Assembly (NCBI GenBank): GCA_012295275.1
Contig: CM022672.1
Location: 11,222,001 to 11,286,000 of the forward strand
Direction: 5' to 3'
Origin: Chrysomallon squamiferum
Taxonomy: Eukaryota > Animalia > Mollusca
Length of the DNA: 64,000 bases
Every line of letters begins with the position of its first letter. Position 1 is the first letter of the stretch. A model generated the notes under the pieces. The model saw only the letters and a program-made list of their open reading frames with translations. It was not told the origin of the DNA and searched no databases. Below, in pieces: positions 11,506-25,987 of this stretch. The position numbers were made by a program, and so were the translations under genes.

Positions 11506-12866
11506 AACGTTTCAGAAAATCTCCATTAATATTGCTGCTGTGAATGAATTATCAATTTATATTTTGAGAGAATTTTAAAACAATATTATTTTTTTCTAAG
11601 TCTGTAAAATGTGGATGGTAATTTCTAATTTTGATATTTATTTCTAAATTAAAAAATATTCTAAAAATTTACTTTTAGGCTTTTCATGACCAAAATCTTA
11701 AATTTGGGTCTCTACCATCAGCATTAAGGAGAGCTATGATTGCAAAATTTCCAGATTTTGACAAATACCAGCTTGGTGAGTAATATTTGTGTGTGTGTGT
11801 GGTATGGTGTGTGGTTTGGTGAGATGTGTAGTGTGGTGTGGTGTGTGTGGTGTAGTATGATCTGTGGTGTATGGCGTGGTTTGGTATGGTGAGGTATGGT
11901 ATGGTATGGTATGGTATGGCATGGCATGGCATGTGTGTGTGTGGTGTATGTTATATGTATTGTGGATATGTGTGCTTTCTGTCTCATATATGTTTTGATG
12001 TGTTTTTTGCATGTTTGTGTTTGCATTTATATATATATATGTCTTCCGTGTTTATATGTTGTGTAGGAAATAAATTGTTAAAATTTAATTGTTATGTTAA
12101 TATTACATAATAAATTTAATTTATTATTATTACATGTTTTCATAATACTGTACATGTACATATAAAGACAAAAACAATAATTATATTAGATATTTGTTTA
12201 TTCACAATTTTGTCATAAAAACATAATGAATTGTGATAAAGCATAATGAATTAAGTGCTCAAATATTGCTACCATCTTCACCTTATTATTATTTAATTTC
12301 ATAATATTTAAAATGGCTTATTGTATCCAGGCTTGAAATTATTGTTTAAACTATTCTGTATCTTGACATTGATGAAACATTTTTTCATTTCTGTGTTAAG
12401 CCAAGTACAACAAAGAAAGTTCAAAAAAGAAAAAGAACAAAAAATCAAAGAAGAAAGATGAAAAAATAGACACAGGCAAGAAATGGAGGAAAACAGACAG
12501 ACTGTTAGACAGTGACTCAAGTGATGGAGATGATGATGAAGAAGATGAAGAAGATGATGAAGCTGAAATGACATCAAAGCATAAGGTTTGTAACTTGATT
12601 CTGGAAATGTATAATAAAAAAAACAACAACAAAAAAACAAACAAATGATGCTTCCATTTTTTGTTTAATAAATAATCACATACAGTCAACTCACGTTTTC
12701 CATGGTTTGGACTTCATGTTATTAACCAGTTGTTGTTTGAAAATACAAAAACAAAATTCTGTACAATAAATTGTATTCTTATGGCAGCATACAGTATCCA
12801 TGAATATTTTAGTTAGTATGATTGACACATTTTAGCAGTTGTTGTTAATACCTATAGGTAGGGTTT

Positions 12867-12906
<40 letters not shown>

Positions 12907-15900
12907 ATCATGTCATTTGTGGTGTGTCCTCAGCACCCATGGCATTTACAAAATTGCACAGTATTACTATTAGACAGTGAGTGAGTACTTAGTAAATTAA
13001 AGCAATTACAAAAGAAATAATATATATATATATATATTATATATTTATAAAATTGATGAAATTGACTATGACTCTTTGTTTTAAATTTTGTATATATGTT
13101 GGTTTTTGTTTTTGGTTTTTCAGGAATCTGATGTACATTATGAAGAAAGCAGTGATTTTGAAGAAGATTTGGAACAGAAAACTTTTACACTGAAGCAGCT
13201 AATAAGAAAACTTCACATCAGAGAACCAGTTGAACATGTCATGTGTTTGATAGGAAAGAAGTCAGTAGCCTTCATTTTTCCATGTGCCAGAAGTTATAGT
13301 TTAATTTTATTATTTTTATAGACAGAATATTTATGTTTATTTTTTTTTAAATTATTATTTTAAATCCACACACTCACACACACACACATCCATATATATG
13401 TATATATATATATATTTTGTAATCATATGGTATTTTGAAATTTATCTCTGTTTGTGGTTTTTTTTTTTACACAATTTGAAAAGAAAAAAAATAGATTTTA
13501 GCATAAATCCTTTTTAGGATACAGGAAGAGTTAACCATTCTTCTTCCTGTTTATTATATAACTATGACTTTAAAAAAATATTTATTCCACATAATTTTTG
13601 ATTACTTGTGATTTGATTTAAGCAAATCCTATCATGTTCACATCCTTATGAAAAACTAAACAACATGACCATTCCTTAAATTACTATCATTCACTCACTC
13701 TGTTATGACTTTGTACTGCTGAGAACATTTGATCTAATGTTTAATTCCAGCAAGAGCCTATTGCTAACAATTAGAAACTACATGTCAGAGATAATAAAGA
13801 TTGAGAATTTCATACCCAAAATTTGTGTTTAAAAAAACAACTTTCAGCATTTCTGATGACATATATAATGTATTTTTTCAGATATCCAAACACTCCAGAA
13901 GAGTTTTATCAGACATGTCTGCCAGGCATGTGGGAAGAGGAACGTGCTGGAAAAAGAATGAAATTGCCAGTACCAGAGACCTGGGAAACTCAGGTATCCA
14001 TGAAAGGCAACAAGGCTTCTGTATGGGAAGATCTCATTGGTAGGTTTCATCTGATGGTTGAGACATTTTGTTAAAGTGAACATTTGGTGGTTAAATAGAA
14101 GCTGCCATATTACATTTTGTATACTTTCAAATTACTATCTTTATTGTTTTATTATGTAGAATTATCTCTGATGGTGTTGTATGACAATTAATGACATGTG
14201 AAAGCTAACATTTTTATTGTGACATTGTTTAATAAAAAGAAATATAAAATACAGTTCTAATAGATTGTGTATCCCTTAATTTTGCAATAATTTACTAGTC
14301 TTTTAGGTTTTGGATTTTGGGGATTTTCTTCTTCTCTTTCTTTCAGTTATCCTCGAAATACAACATAACAAAATATTTGTATTTTGTCAAATTTTCTTTC
14401 TTACAGATCACAAGAAGCTGCCATTCATGGCTATGTTGCGGAATCTTCGTAATTTGATCAAAGCGGGAATTTCAACGAAACATCACAACAGCATCCTGTC
14501 AAGACTGACCAATGAGGTTTATTTTTAAATTATTTTTGACAAATATGAATATACACACAAAAAAAAAGTTTAAAAGATTTTAATAATTAATTTTTCGTCT
14601 TATATACTACTGTTTCATTTCATAATCCAGTTTTTGTTACAGGCACATATACTTTGTACATTTTTTATTTACAAAAAATAAAATGGAGTGAAAACACCAA
14701 ATATTCAAGTTCAAAAAATGATTTGACCACCCTGTATTTTAAAATTAAAGCAATTAATTCACAAATTACTTTGTTATGTTTTTCCCTCTTTATTTTTGTA
14801 ACAACTCTAATAGAATAATTTGACATTATATGCATCTTTTATTGTTATTTTGTAGAATTTCATTTTAGTATCCATGGTTTTATTTCCTCTTCTTATATAC
14901 TTTATATATTAGTTGATTATAAATGTTTTTAATAATAATAATAATAATAATTTCAAAATCCTTTTTTCAGAGACAAGTTATAAAACAGTTTCCATTCCGA
15001 TTTTTCTCTGCATATGAAGTACTGACTCAACTGGAAAAGGATTATGAACAAAATCGTATGTTCTTTTTCAATATGTTTTTACTATGTCCACTTACCTGTA
15101 TTACTGTGAGTGTCTGTGACACATTTCACACTTGGAACTGTAAAAATGTTAAAGAATAGTTCAAATATTTGTATTAAAACAGAATTGCTAAGAATATTCA
15201 AATTTCTGTGGGTGTCTACTCAACTTTGTATGGTTAATTAGACATTAGTTTTTTTTTCTGTGTGTACATATTATTTGACTTTGATCTAAATTAATACTAT
15301 TTGTTTTTAATATTAAAAGTTGTTTAACACAACCATTTCTTAGGATAAAAATCCATTGGCTACTCTTATTAATTATCAGCAGATGTATGTATGTAGTTAT
15401 CAAAGATAGGAATATATACCATTTCATTTGATTTACTTAAAAGAAAGAAAAAGGCTAAATATGTTTTTAGTGAAATAGGCAGCAATAAAAAATACTCATG
15501 AACATGAATAAAAAGTAACTAAAATAAATTTTTAAGATGTATATTGATGGAACCATAATTGTTGCCTATTTATTTTAGTAAACCTGAATAAATATGTTGC
15601 ACATTTTTTCACTTCTGTATTTTGTTGTTAAGTATATATTATATAAATGTGTAATTTAAATTTATTGATTTAAAAAAAAAAAATAATGAGTTATTTTATT
15701 TTATTTTATTTCATTTTATTTGACAGAGAAAGATATTATCACTGCTGCTGAGAATGCTGCCATGACATCAGGAATTCAGGGGGTCAAAAGGTCGTGGAGG
15801 TGCAGTTGGGGTTACAGGGAGTACCCGCGGGAGAGGCAGAGGCAGGGGACGAGGTGGCTCTGTGTCTTGGTGGATAATAAAGAAACAAAGGAATAAAACA

Positions 15901-18900
15901 AATACAGAGTATGTTTTCTTACTAATGATTATAAAAGAGTTCATAATTCAGTTATTTACAAATTAGATACTGGGGTATATGAAATGTATAGTATTTTATT
16001 GTGTGAATTAATTAAAAATATTATTTTTCAATTTTTTTAAAGTAATCTATATATATAGTATTCTATTTTACTTTGTTTTAATTTGCATTGTTCTGTTTCT
16101 ACTCACTCCTACTGCTGCTCCCACTCCCTCTCCCTCTCCCTCTCCCTCTCCCTCTCTCTCCTAATACTATACCTACCAACTCTGACTGTTTTTAGCTTCA
16201 ACAAATGTCAGTATTACTTTAATTCATTTCCTTTCTAAATTCTGTATCATATATGTTTGTGTCACCAGGTACATAAAGCATCCTCACACAAAAACTACTC
16301 AAGTTCGATGTCGATTATATCTTTAATTTCTTTGCCTGATCGTACAACATGATAGACAATTATAATACAGTAGTATAAAATAGGCATAGCCCAAATGTCT
16401 TTCTCTCTTGCCAGATCTTCTCTCTCTTGAACTATCTCACACCCCTGACCAATACTGGCAGACCATTACTGTCCTGGGTTCCTTAAGACAGCCCCAGCGA
16501 CAGTGTTTACCATATATTAATGTCCCAAGTGTCTTGGAGGAATTTCCAAAGTACTTTAAGTCTAAACATGGACAAATAAACCTCAGACACATTAATGGTG
16601 TCTATGTATCTTTAGATTATGCTTGGTGCTTTTAGTTCAGTCCCTCACACTTATTTTGTTTTTTAATTTTCAGAGAGGTTCCTTATGACACAAATTTAAT
16701 ACAGAGGTACCGTAGAGCTCTTGATACAGCTGTTAAAATTGCCACAGTGTATAATGTACAGCCTATCAAAGGTCAGACCATAATTTTTTGTGATGTTGGG
16801 AAGGAAATGGAAATTCCCTGTACTGCAGCAAAAGGATTGGGAAAGCCAAGACAGGTTTGTTATTAACCAAATGAGTTAGAAATAGCTTAAATGCATTCTT
16901 CTAGATTATGTTTTATTTGACTTTTGTCTTTCAAAGTTAATTATTACTAATGTATAGCAACAAAAGTTATTATATAGAGGGTGGTCTTGTTGCTTCTGAA
17001 GTTTTTTGTAATTTGGTTAGAACAAAGTCAGTTCATCAGACACACAATGATATTGTTGTTGCATTGTGAAGGGTTAAATGGTGATGTTCAAAACCTTTGT
17101 ATTTTATTAAAATTATTCATTGTGAGAGATGATAGGCTGTCCCTAATAATAATCCAAAAATAAAAAATAAGCTGGAAGTATAAAGAATTTTATTAGACCA
17201 TTTATTTGTACCATCACCTACACTTTAACAGTTAGTCTTACAGTTTTATGAAATAAAATTAGGTGTCCCAGAGTTTAAATTTAACAGGTTTGTTTGGATT
17301 ATTGAGATGTTGGCCATATTTAATTTAAATCTTTATGAGTTGTGATCAGGTACTGTACAGTTTTTCTATTTTGATCTTATTATTTTAAGTGAATGTCAAA
17401 TAAAACTGTTTTATTTTTTTTAATTCTAAAATTATTGATTTTAATCATTAGATTGCTTTAGAGTACTTTTTATTTTGAGTACATAAAATATTTTTCTTAC
17501 AATTTTTAATAAATCTACATCTTTAAAACAACTAAAACATTTTAATTATTTGCTGATTATGAATTTTAATTATTAGTCTATTATTATTTAAAATCAAATC
17601 CAATACTTTAAGATGTGGTATAATAAATTTTCAGATGAAAGAAGTTGCAGTCTTGCTTGGTTTGATGTGCAAATATTCCTGTGAAGAATGTGAGCTGATT
17701 GTGTATGATCATGAAAACTTTGCCAGCATTGACATCACCAAAGGAACAATACTGGATAACATGGACACTGTTTTAAACACACCATTGCACATGGTAAGTT
17801 TATTTCTTAATTATAATTATTAATAAATTTTACTGCAATTTTTTGTTTTTGTTTTTTATCTTATTATTAATTTAATAAATATTGTTCCTTTCCAACCAAC
17901 CTTTTTGATCGTAAAATTTTATGTACATCAGACAGGTATATTATATTTGGTTCAAACATTTTGTAATTACTAGTGTAAAACAAACCAAATAATATTTTTT
18001 TCAGAAATGCATCAAAAAATATAAGCTGGATCAAATTCAGTCTCTTAAATCATAAATCTGTAAGAGTATAATCCCTAAAAGAATTTTATTTAATTCCAAG
18101 AGACCACAAAAAGGATCAATTTGATCCAGTTCAGTCCCATCTATCACAGATTCACATGTCTGAAAATTAAACAATGTTATATTTATTTCAGCGAGGCAAC
18201 AAAAAAGAATTGTTCCAAGGAGTTCCTTACCAGATTCTTGTCGATGTACTCAGAGACAGAATTCAGGTAAGATGCTACGTAATGACAGACACAGAGAGCT
18301 ACAGCTTTGTGGTTTTAGTGCTAGCTAAAGATATGATACATAACATAAACTCTCCTCATTAGGTATGTTGAGTTATTGTTATAGGTGACTTAGGACTTGT
18401 TTGAAATGGTCAAACTTAGCTTTACATTTATAGTCAAATAAATAAAAGAATTCCTTATATAGGTACGTATTCCACTGGATCAGCTTTTTAAATCTCTTTT
18501 TGAAATGTGTGTTTATTTATTGTACAACTGACAAAATGTAATAAATATAATTGAGTTTGAAACTGGTACTTATTTGTTAATCATTTAAAATTGACAGAAT
18601 ATAATAAAAGTAATTCAGTTTGATATTGTATATATTTGTTTAATTTTAAAGTGAACAAAATATCATAAATTAATCATATATATATGTTTATTTTCAAATT
18701 TAAATAAATATGATAAATATATAACTGAGTTTGTAATTAGTATATATTTGCTTAACCAGACTATGTAAAAAAAAACATTGCTAGAATTTCATGTATATAT
18801 GTTATGGAGTATTTAATTAAATATGGTTTGAGAGAAAACTAAATATTGCAAATCCTTTTATCAGGTGGATAATTTGATTATTCTCAGTGGAGGACTGAAC

Positions 18901-19336
18901 CCAGACACTGCAAAAGGTCGAGTGATGTCAGATTTCCTCAAAGTATATCGCAGAATTGTCAATCCCAACATGTTGTATGTCAGTGTGTCTTTTGCAGGCA
19001 GAAACTGTGGGTTAGTATTAAAAATAACTTTGGCTGCCATGTCTTGTCTAATTATTTAGATATTGTCATGAATTTTATCTAAGTCACACACAGCATAACT
19101 ATCCAGGGCCAGAACATTTTGTTATAATGTTTTTTTAAAACCATTATAAATGCAATACTCATTAATCCCTTTTGAAAGAAATAAGATAAATGAATGCATT
19201 TTGAAGAAGTAATTAATAAACTCCTTGTTAAATTGAGATTTTATTTAGTTTCATTTCCATATATCAATAATAATGATAACAATTACAATAAAAAATAATA
19301 AAAAATAAAAAATAAATAATAAAAAATAAAAAATAA

Positions 19337-19386
<50 letters not shown>

Positions 19387-20589
19387 CAATAATAATAAAT
19401 AAATAAAAATTTAACAAAATAAGAGTAATGGTATATATATATTTTTTTAAATTTAGAAATCCTATATAATTTTAAAATAACAAGATATTTTGTTGCTGTA
19501 AAAAATATGTTTATATTTTATACATGATTGTCTTTTTTTTAGATTTACTGAGAGCATCAAACCAGAACATAACAATGACATCTATATTTCAGGATACAGT
19601 GATCAGATACTTAGGTATATTTCTAAGAATTTCATATTTGTGTTAAGATATAAATATTGTTTTATTATAAAGGAAATATATTACATTAATACAAAATTAG
19701 TAAATAAAATGATTTTTAAATTGTGTATCTCAAGCAAGAACGAAACGTTTAATGAACACTGACTGAGGAATTATGCTGGATAAAATTGTAAACATTAGGA
19801 CTAGGATTAGGTTTAGGATTGAAAATTTTGTGAATATGACCCACATCTGCAAAGAAAGGATTAACAAACTTCTGATTAATAAAGTTACGTATAAAATCAG
19901 TTTTATTTCACCAGATAACCAATTTATTATCTGCCTTGTTATTTGTTTTTAATTTAATATTGAAAGTACTGTAAACTTGTTTATGCTCTATTAATATATT
20001 TCATGCTTCATAGATTCATTGCTGAGAGGGGAGATGGTGGACAGCTGATGCACGTGGAAAAGATCAATGAAGCATTTAACTTGAAACCTTTGCCTGTCCA
20101 TGCTCTGCAGCACATTCCAAAACCTCCAGTGAAAACTGCACCAGCCAGATTACTTCCCTTGACTGTACCAACTCCCAGGTTATTAGCAGTTACAGAAATT
20201 ATTAAATGTCTTATTATAATTTTAATTTAATGTTATTGAGGTTCCTACAGATAGTAATTTGTTTTAAATCATAGTGCATTTTGAAGATCCTTTATTTGAA
20301 ATTCTGAAATCTGAAATGTTTACCAAGCAGCAGAAATGGTGGTATCTTAATTTTTGGATGGTTTTGCATACATACAAATTTATTTTATGTACAAAATAAT
20401 CAAAAAATATTATATTAAAAATGTTGAGTGCTATTTGTATATGCTATATATTAAGTATAAATGGAACTGATATTTAGACTTAGATCCTATTCTCAGGCTA
20501 TCTTCTTATATTCTGAAATAGAAACACTTCCAGTCCCAAGTATTATAGATAAAATGTTCTCAACATCTAACAGCACTTTTATAACATAA

Positions 20590-20623
<34 letters not shown>

Positions 20624-23600
20624 CTTATGTATGTCATAATTTTCTGTTACATGGAATTAACATTATATATCGTAACAACACATCTTTGCTTCAGAGTAAT
20701 ATTATACACTGTTTTTGCTAAGATATTCTGAGACAATATTTTGTTGTTTTTTGATCAGTATTCTTAATAAATGGATGATGGTTAATCAGTTATAGAAATG
20801 AAATGTTTTTGTTTTCCTAAAAGAATTACCTGAAAGTGATAAAATTCTTTTTTTTCAAACAGTATTTTTAAAATACCTTTAACAGTGTAAACATATATTT
20901 ATTTTAAAAAAAGAAGAAAAGAACATTTATATTAATTTTAATTTTTAGTGCTAATATATACAAAAAGGATTTTGAGTAGCTGGAACAGGTTTTGATCTTT
21001 TGTTATCATTATTCAATTTAATAAAAAAAAAAAAAAAAAAAAAAATTAACCAATTCCCCCAAAACCCACCCAAAACAACAAAAAACTACAACAGTCCTCA
21101 TTTTTAAGCAATAACAATTAATGTTAAAACAAAAACTCCAGAACATTCTCATATTTGGAGCATTAATCATTGATGTTAATATTGTTTTAGGTGGCGTGCA
21201 GTCCGGGTGTTTATCTCATCAACATTCAGAGACATGCATGGTGAACGAGATCTCCTCACTCGCTTTGTTTTTCCAGAACTTAGAGCACTGGCTCAGAAAC
21301 ACTTCATCAATGTGTATGAGGTTGACCTGAGGTGGGGAGTAACAGAAGAACAGACAAGGGAAAATAGGTCACTATTCAATTAATATTTTGTCCAAGTTTA
21401 AAAAAATATATTTATTTCAAAGAGAGAGAAAAAATATTAAAAAAAAACATACCAAAAAAAAATATGGTTTTAAGATAAAAATATATTAATGAATGGCAGT
21501 TTCATGCCAGTTCTAATTTTATTACAGTTGTTTTAAGCAAATAGAAAATAATTTTTTTTTTTTTTTTTCATTACTGATTTGGTTATGATATCTGTTTTAA
21601 TTATTAGGTTAGAAATAAAGACCTTAATATTGGCAGAAGCTCTTCTGTATATTTTATTTTAATTAACCTTAAAACATTTTAAAATAATTTATTTTCCTTT
21701 CATCTTGTTTGTTTTGTCATTACTAACTGCTTAACATTAAATTTTCCAATATTGACTTAAACACCTTCATTGTTCTGTTATCCTTGTACCGAGTTGTTCT
21801 ATCAAACATACACTAGTTTTTCTATCATCGTTATACTAGTTGTTCAATCCTACTAACACTAGTTGTTTTATCCTACTTACACTACTTGTTCTGTCATAAT
21901 TACACTAGTTGTTCTATCCTACTTATATTAGTTGTTCTTTCCTACTTAAACTAGTTGTTCTGCCCTACTTACACTAGTTGTTGTATTGTACTTATACTAG
22001 TTGTTCTATCCTACTTAAACTTGTTGTTCTATCTTACTTACACTAGTTGTTCTATCATACTTATACTGAATTCTGTTACACAGGTTGTTTTTTCACTGTT
22101 GCTGTTATTACATTTTCAGAACATTAGAACTGTGTCTCCAGGAAGTATCCAAATGTCAGTTCTTCATTGGCATCCTTGGCAATCGTTATGGCTTTGTACC
22201 TGACAAGTATACTGTCCCAGACACACCCGAATTTGACTGGATGAAGGAGTACACTCCTGGTGCTTCAGTGACAGAACTGGAGATGTACTTTGCAGCACTG
22301 TCCAGATCTGAGGATGTTCAAGACAAAGCTTTCTTTTACATCAGAGACAGTTCTTTTGAAAAGTAGGCTTTATACAATCCCTGTGCAGTGAGCTCTTCTA
22401 GATTTTTAGAACAATAAGTAATCCATAACAATAATGAATGCATTTATTAAAAACTGCTAACCTTTTAAAATTTAGCACTCATAAAAGAAAAAGAAAACTT
22501 GATTTTTACAACAGTGTGGTGCATATGATTCGCAGCTGGCTTTAATAATATTATGCATGATAATTCACAAATTTGTAGCCATATGGATTGAAAACATAAG
22601 CAGAAAGTAAAACCAAATACTGTGCTTTTCTATTAATTATAAAATTATACATTTTTTATTTACTGAAAGATCAATATATAATTGTGCACCAGATAATATA
22701 TAAATCTGATAATTAACCAGATTATTCCATGAACTCTCATAATTATTTCACACAGTATTTGTGATATGAGATTTGTTTATTTATTTATTTATTTTTTATT
22801 TTTTATTTTTTTTTTTTTTTTTTTAGTTGTAGAACAGTAAACCAAATTATTGAAAAAATTCACTTTAAGATTTTCTTGAATAGATTAGTGTTTATTTTTG
22901 TTGATCTCACATTTTGGTGAATATAATTACCAGGGATGTTCCAAAAGAGTTCCAGTCTGATTTCCTTTCTGAGAATGAGGCCAGTGGAAAGAGGCTAAAC
23001 AGACTAAAAGATGATGTGTACGAAAAAGTAGTTTAGAAGTCTTTGATGGGTATGCTTAGCATTACATTTTTAATAGTCATTGTTTACAAGAAATACAAAC
23101 ATAAAATTCATGAACATGCATATACAAATTAATGGTATATTTTTGAAAGTTTTAAATAAAATCTGTTTTATTTCTAAAATAAAAGTTTCAAAACTTTTAA
23201 TATTTAGTCAGTGATCATAATTAGTTGTTTTATTATTAAGTTAAAAAAAGAAGATAATGAAAAATTCTGATTAAGGTTTATTACACCCAATTTTATTGTT
23301 AAATAAATAAGTTAAAAAGATGAAAAATTTAGATTAAATTATAATACTTAAATTTTTTGACTGACTTATTCAAAACTGTCATATATATATTAATTTATTT
23401 TTATTTTTACTAGATATCCTTGTCGTTGGGGTGGAGTTGTTGATACAAAGCCTTTAGTCGCAGGCCTTGATGAATTTGGACTGCGGGTTCTCAACAACAT
23501 CTGGACTGCAATACAGAAACACTATCCTGATGAGGTATTTTAACCACAGCAGCAACTTTATAAGACTTTATGTTCAAACATATTTAATATCTGTATAGAA

Positions 23601-25929
23601 ATGATGTCTAAATGAATAATAGTATTTAAAGGACAGTTGTAACATTTCATTTTGGAACATTTTTAATATTGTTTACAAATGATACTAAGATGAACTAAAG
23701 TGTTTAAAAGACAATTTTAAGACTTTATATTAGAACATTTTTAATACTGGTAGAGGAAAGATACCAAGAGGGACCAAAAATATATATATATAAAATATTA
23801 TAAAATATTAAAAAACATTTCTAATATTGGTGTAGAAATACTGTCAAAATGAACTATAGAATTTAAAAAACAATTACAAGATTTCATCTACGAACATTTT
23901 AATTTTGGAGTAGAAATGCAATCAAGATAAACTATAGTATTTAAAAGATAAACATTAAAACTTTGTGTTGGAACATTTTTAATATCAGTGTAGAAATGCC
24001 ATCAAGATGAACTATACAATTTTAACATTTTATATTACTGGCAGTTGTGAAATATTACTTTTAAATGATTCTTATTCAGGATGCTGTTTTAGATGAAGAC
24101 AGTCACATATCTAAACTACACCAAGCTTTCATTGATAACCGACAATCACAGTTCATTGGTCGGAAAACTTTGATCAAAGAATGTATCAAGAAACTGGTGC
24201 ACATGAAGACAGGCATTTTGTGTCTGACTGGGAAGTCTGGCTGTGGAAAATCCTCACTAGTGGTAGGCATTTGATAGTTTACACTTAGTGAGGTTATTGT
24301 TCTGATATATATAACCTGTTACTGTGTAAGATATTTCTTATTATAACAATAAAAATATTTATTTGCTGAATACTTTCTTTTAAAAGTATCTGTTTGCTTT
24401 TCCTGTTCAGTGTGTGTGTTCATGTGTGAGTGTTTCTGTCCCTGTCTGTTATCACTGTCCATCCATCTGTCCATATATATATATATATCTATCTGACTGA
24501 TTCTCTGTCAGTCTCTCTTTTTCTTGCTTTCTTTCTTGCTCACCACTCCATCTTTCTCTCTGCTTATAAATAATAAAACCTGTTTTTTTGTTTGTTTATT
24601 CAGTCATCCCTGGTACACACGTATGTTGAATCCCAGCACTGTGTGAGTGCATCATCAGTTCTGGTTCACATTGTGGGAGCTGCCACAGGTTCAACAAACA
24701 TTGTAGCCACTTTGAGACGACTATGTCACGAACTGAACACTCAGTTTGGACTCCTGTCTCTGATACCTCAAGATTACAAGTTTGTGTCGTTTTATTTTAT
24801 TAGCTATGCTGAGTTTTCAAATTGAAACACAATAAATGATTTCTGATACATGAGTATATTTTGGATCGAAATCTCACTTACGCTTTTGTTTTTAGAAAAC
24901 TCATTTTAATCGTTCTTATTCTTCTTCTTAATATTGTTGTTATAATTTTTTTCCTTCTTATCATTATTATTATTGTTATTATTATTATTATTAATATAAT
25001 ATAGGTATTTAAAACAGTTTTATATTTTGTTCACTTTCTTTATATACAGAACTATCATAAAATAAAAAAGATTGGTATGAAAATTTATTCTTTATTTTTT
25101 TCTATTCAAATAAGTGTGGTCATACATTTTATATAACTTTATTAATATACACTAAATCTGTTAATTAAAATTATAAACTTTCAGGAACCTTGTGATTAAA
25201 TTTGCTGAACTGCTTTCTGAGAGTGCCAAGATTTGTGGATCGACTCTTCTGGTAGTCATAGATGGACTGGATCTGATGGAAGAAAGTCACCAGCCTTATA
25301 ACATGGAATGGCTTCCACAACCTGTTCCAGATGTCAGTTTTTACTCATTTCTTTATGTCTTTGCTGATTGTAACTGTTGTTGAATAATGAATTTGATGTC
25401 TCTGTCTCTGTGTGTGTGTGTGTGTGTGTGTATATATTTATCTGTGTATTTATGATGTGCGCTTGTGTGTATGTATGGATTTTTTATATGTATGTGTATT
25501 TGTTATGTGAGTGGTTGTGTATGTAGTATTTGGATGTGATATTGTATTAATTTCTGTGCCTGGGTGTACCTGGTTTTTTTTTTTTGTATGTGTGTATTTA
25601 TTTATATCTAGTAATATGTGTGTTTATCTATGTTTATGCTAGTGGCATATAATCTGTGTAAAGTTTATTACTGTCATATTAAAACTTTATTATAATTTTT
25701 CAGAATGTCATCTTCGTTGTGTCAGTTATGGTGGATGAGCGTTGTCACAAGTCACTGAAACGTTTCAAAGCTAAAGAAATTGTGGTTGGTGGCCTTGACG
25801 TTTTTGATAAAATCGATGTGGTCAGAACAAATTTGTCTGCTCATCGGAAGATGCTGGATGAAACCCCTTTTAACAATCAGGTGATTTTACCAAATTTCAA
25901 AATTTAGTGTCATTTCCTTTAAGGGTTAA

Positions 25930-25987
<58 letters not shown>

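Noticed and set aside
11684-12110. His/Thr/Pro-rich ORFs
   Set aside because: Translations of a pentanucleotide microsatellite in TEP1 intron 5.
14971-15000. TEP1 [11 protein letters not shown] looks about two residues shorter than the motif I recall (VIHSRQFPFRF)
   Set aside because: In frame and based on memory of one homologue; cannot distinguish natural variation from error without an alignment.
16260-16650. GC-richer intronic stretch with ORF 16408..16635
   Set aside because: No recognisable domain or termini; exons 11 and 12 join in phase without it. Possibly an old repeat fragment.
18024-18131. 14-bp inverted repeat (agctggatcaaatt / aatttgatccagtt)
   Set aside because: Too short, with no clear target duplication or second full copy, to call a MITE or structured RNA.
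19795-19818. Four telomere-like hexamers (ttagga ctagga ttaggt ttagga) inside TEP1
   Set aside because: None is a perfect TTAGGG and the tract is only 24 bp; chance or a decayed microsatellite.
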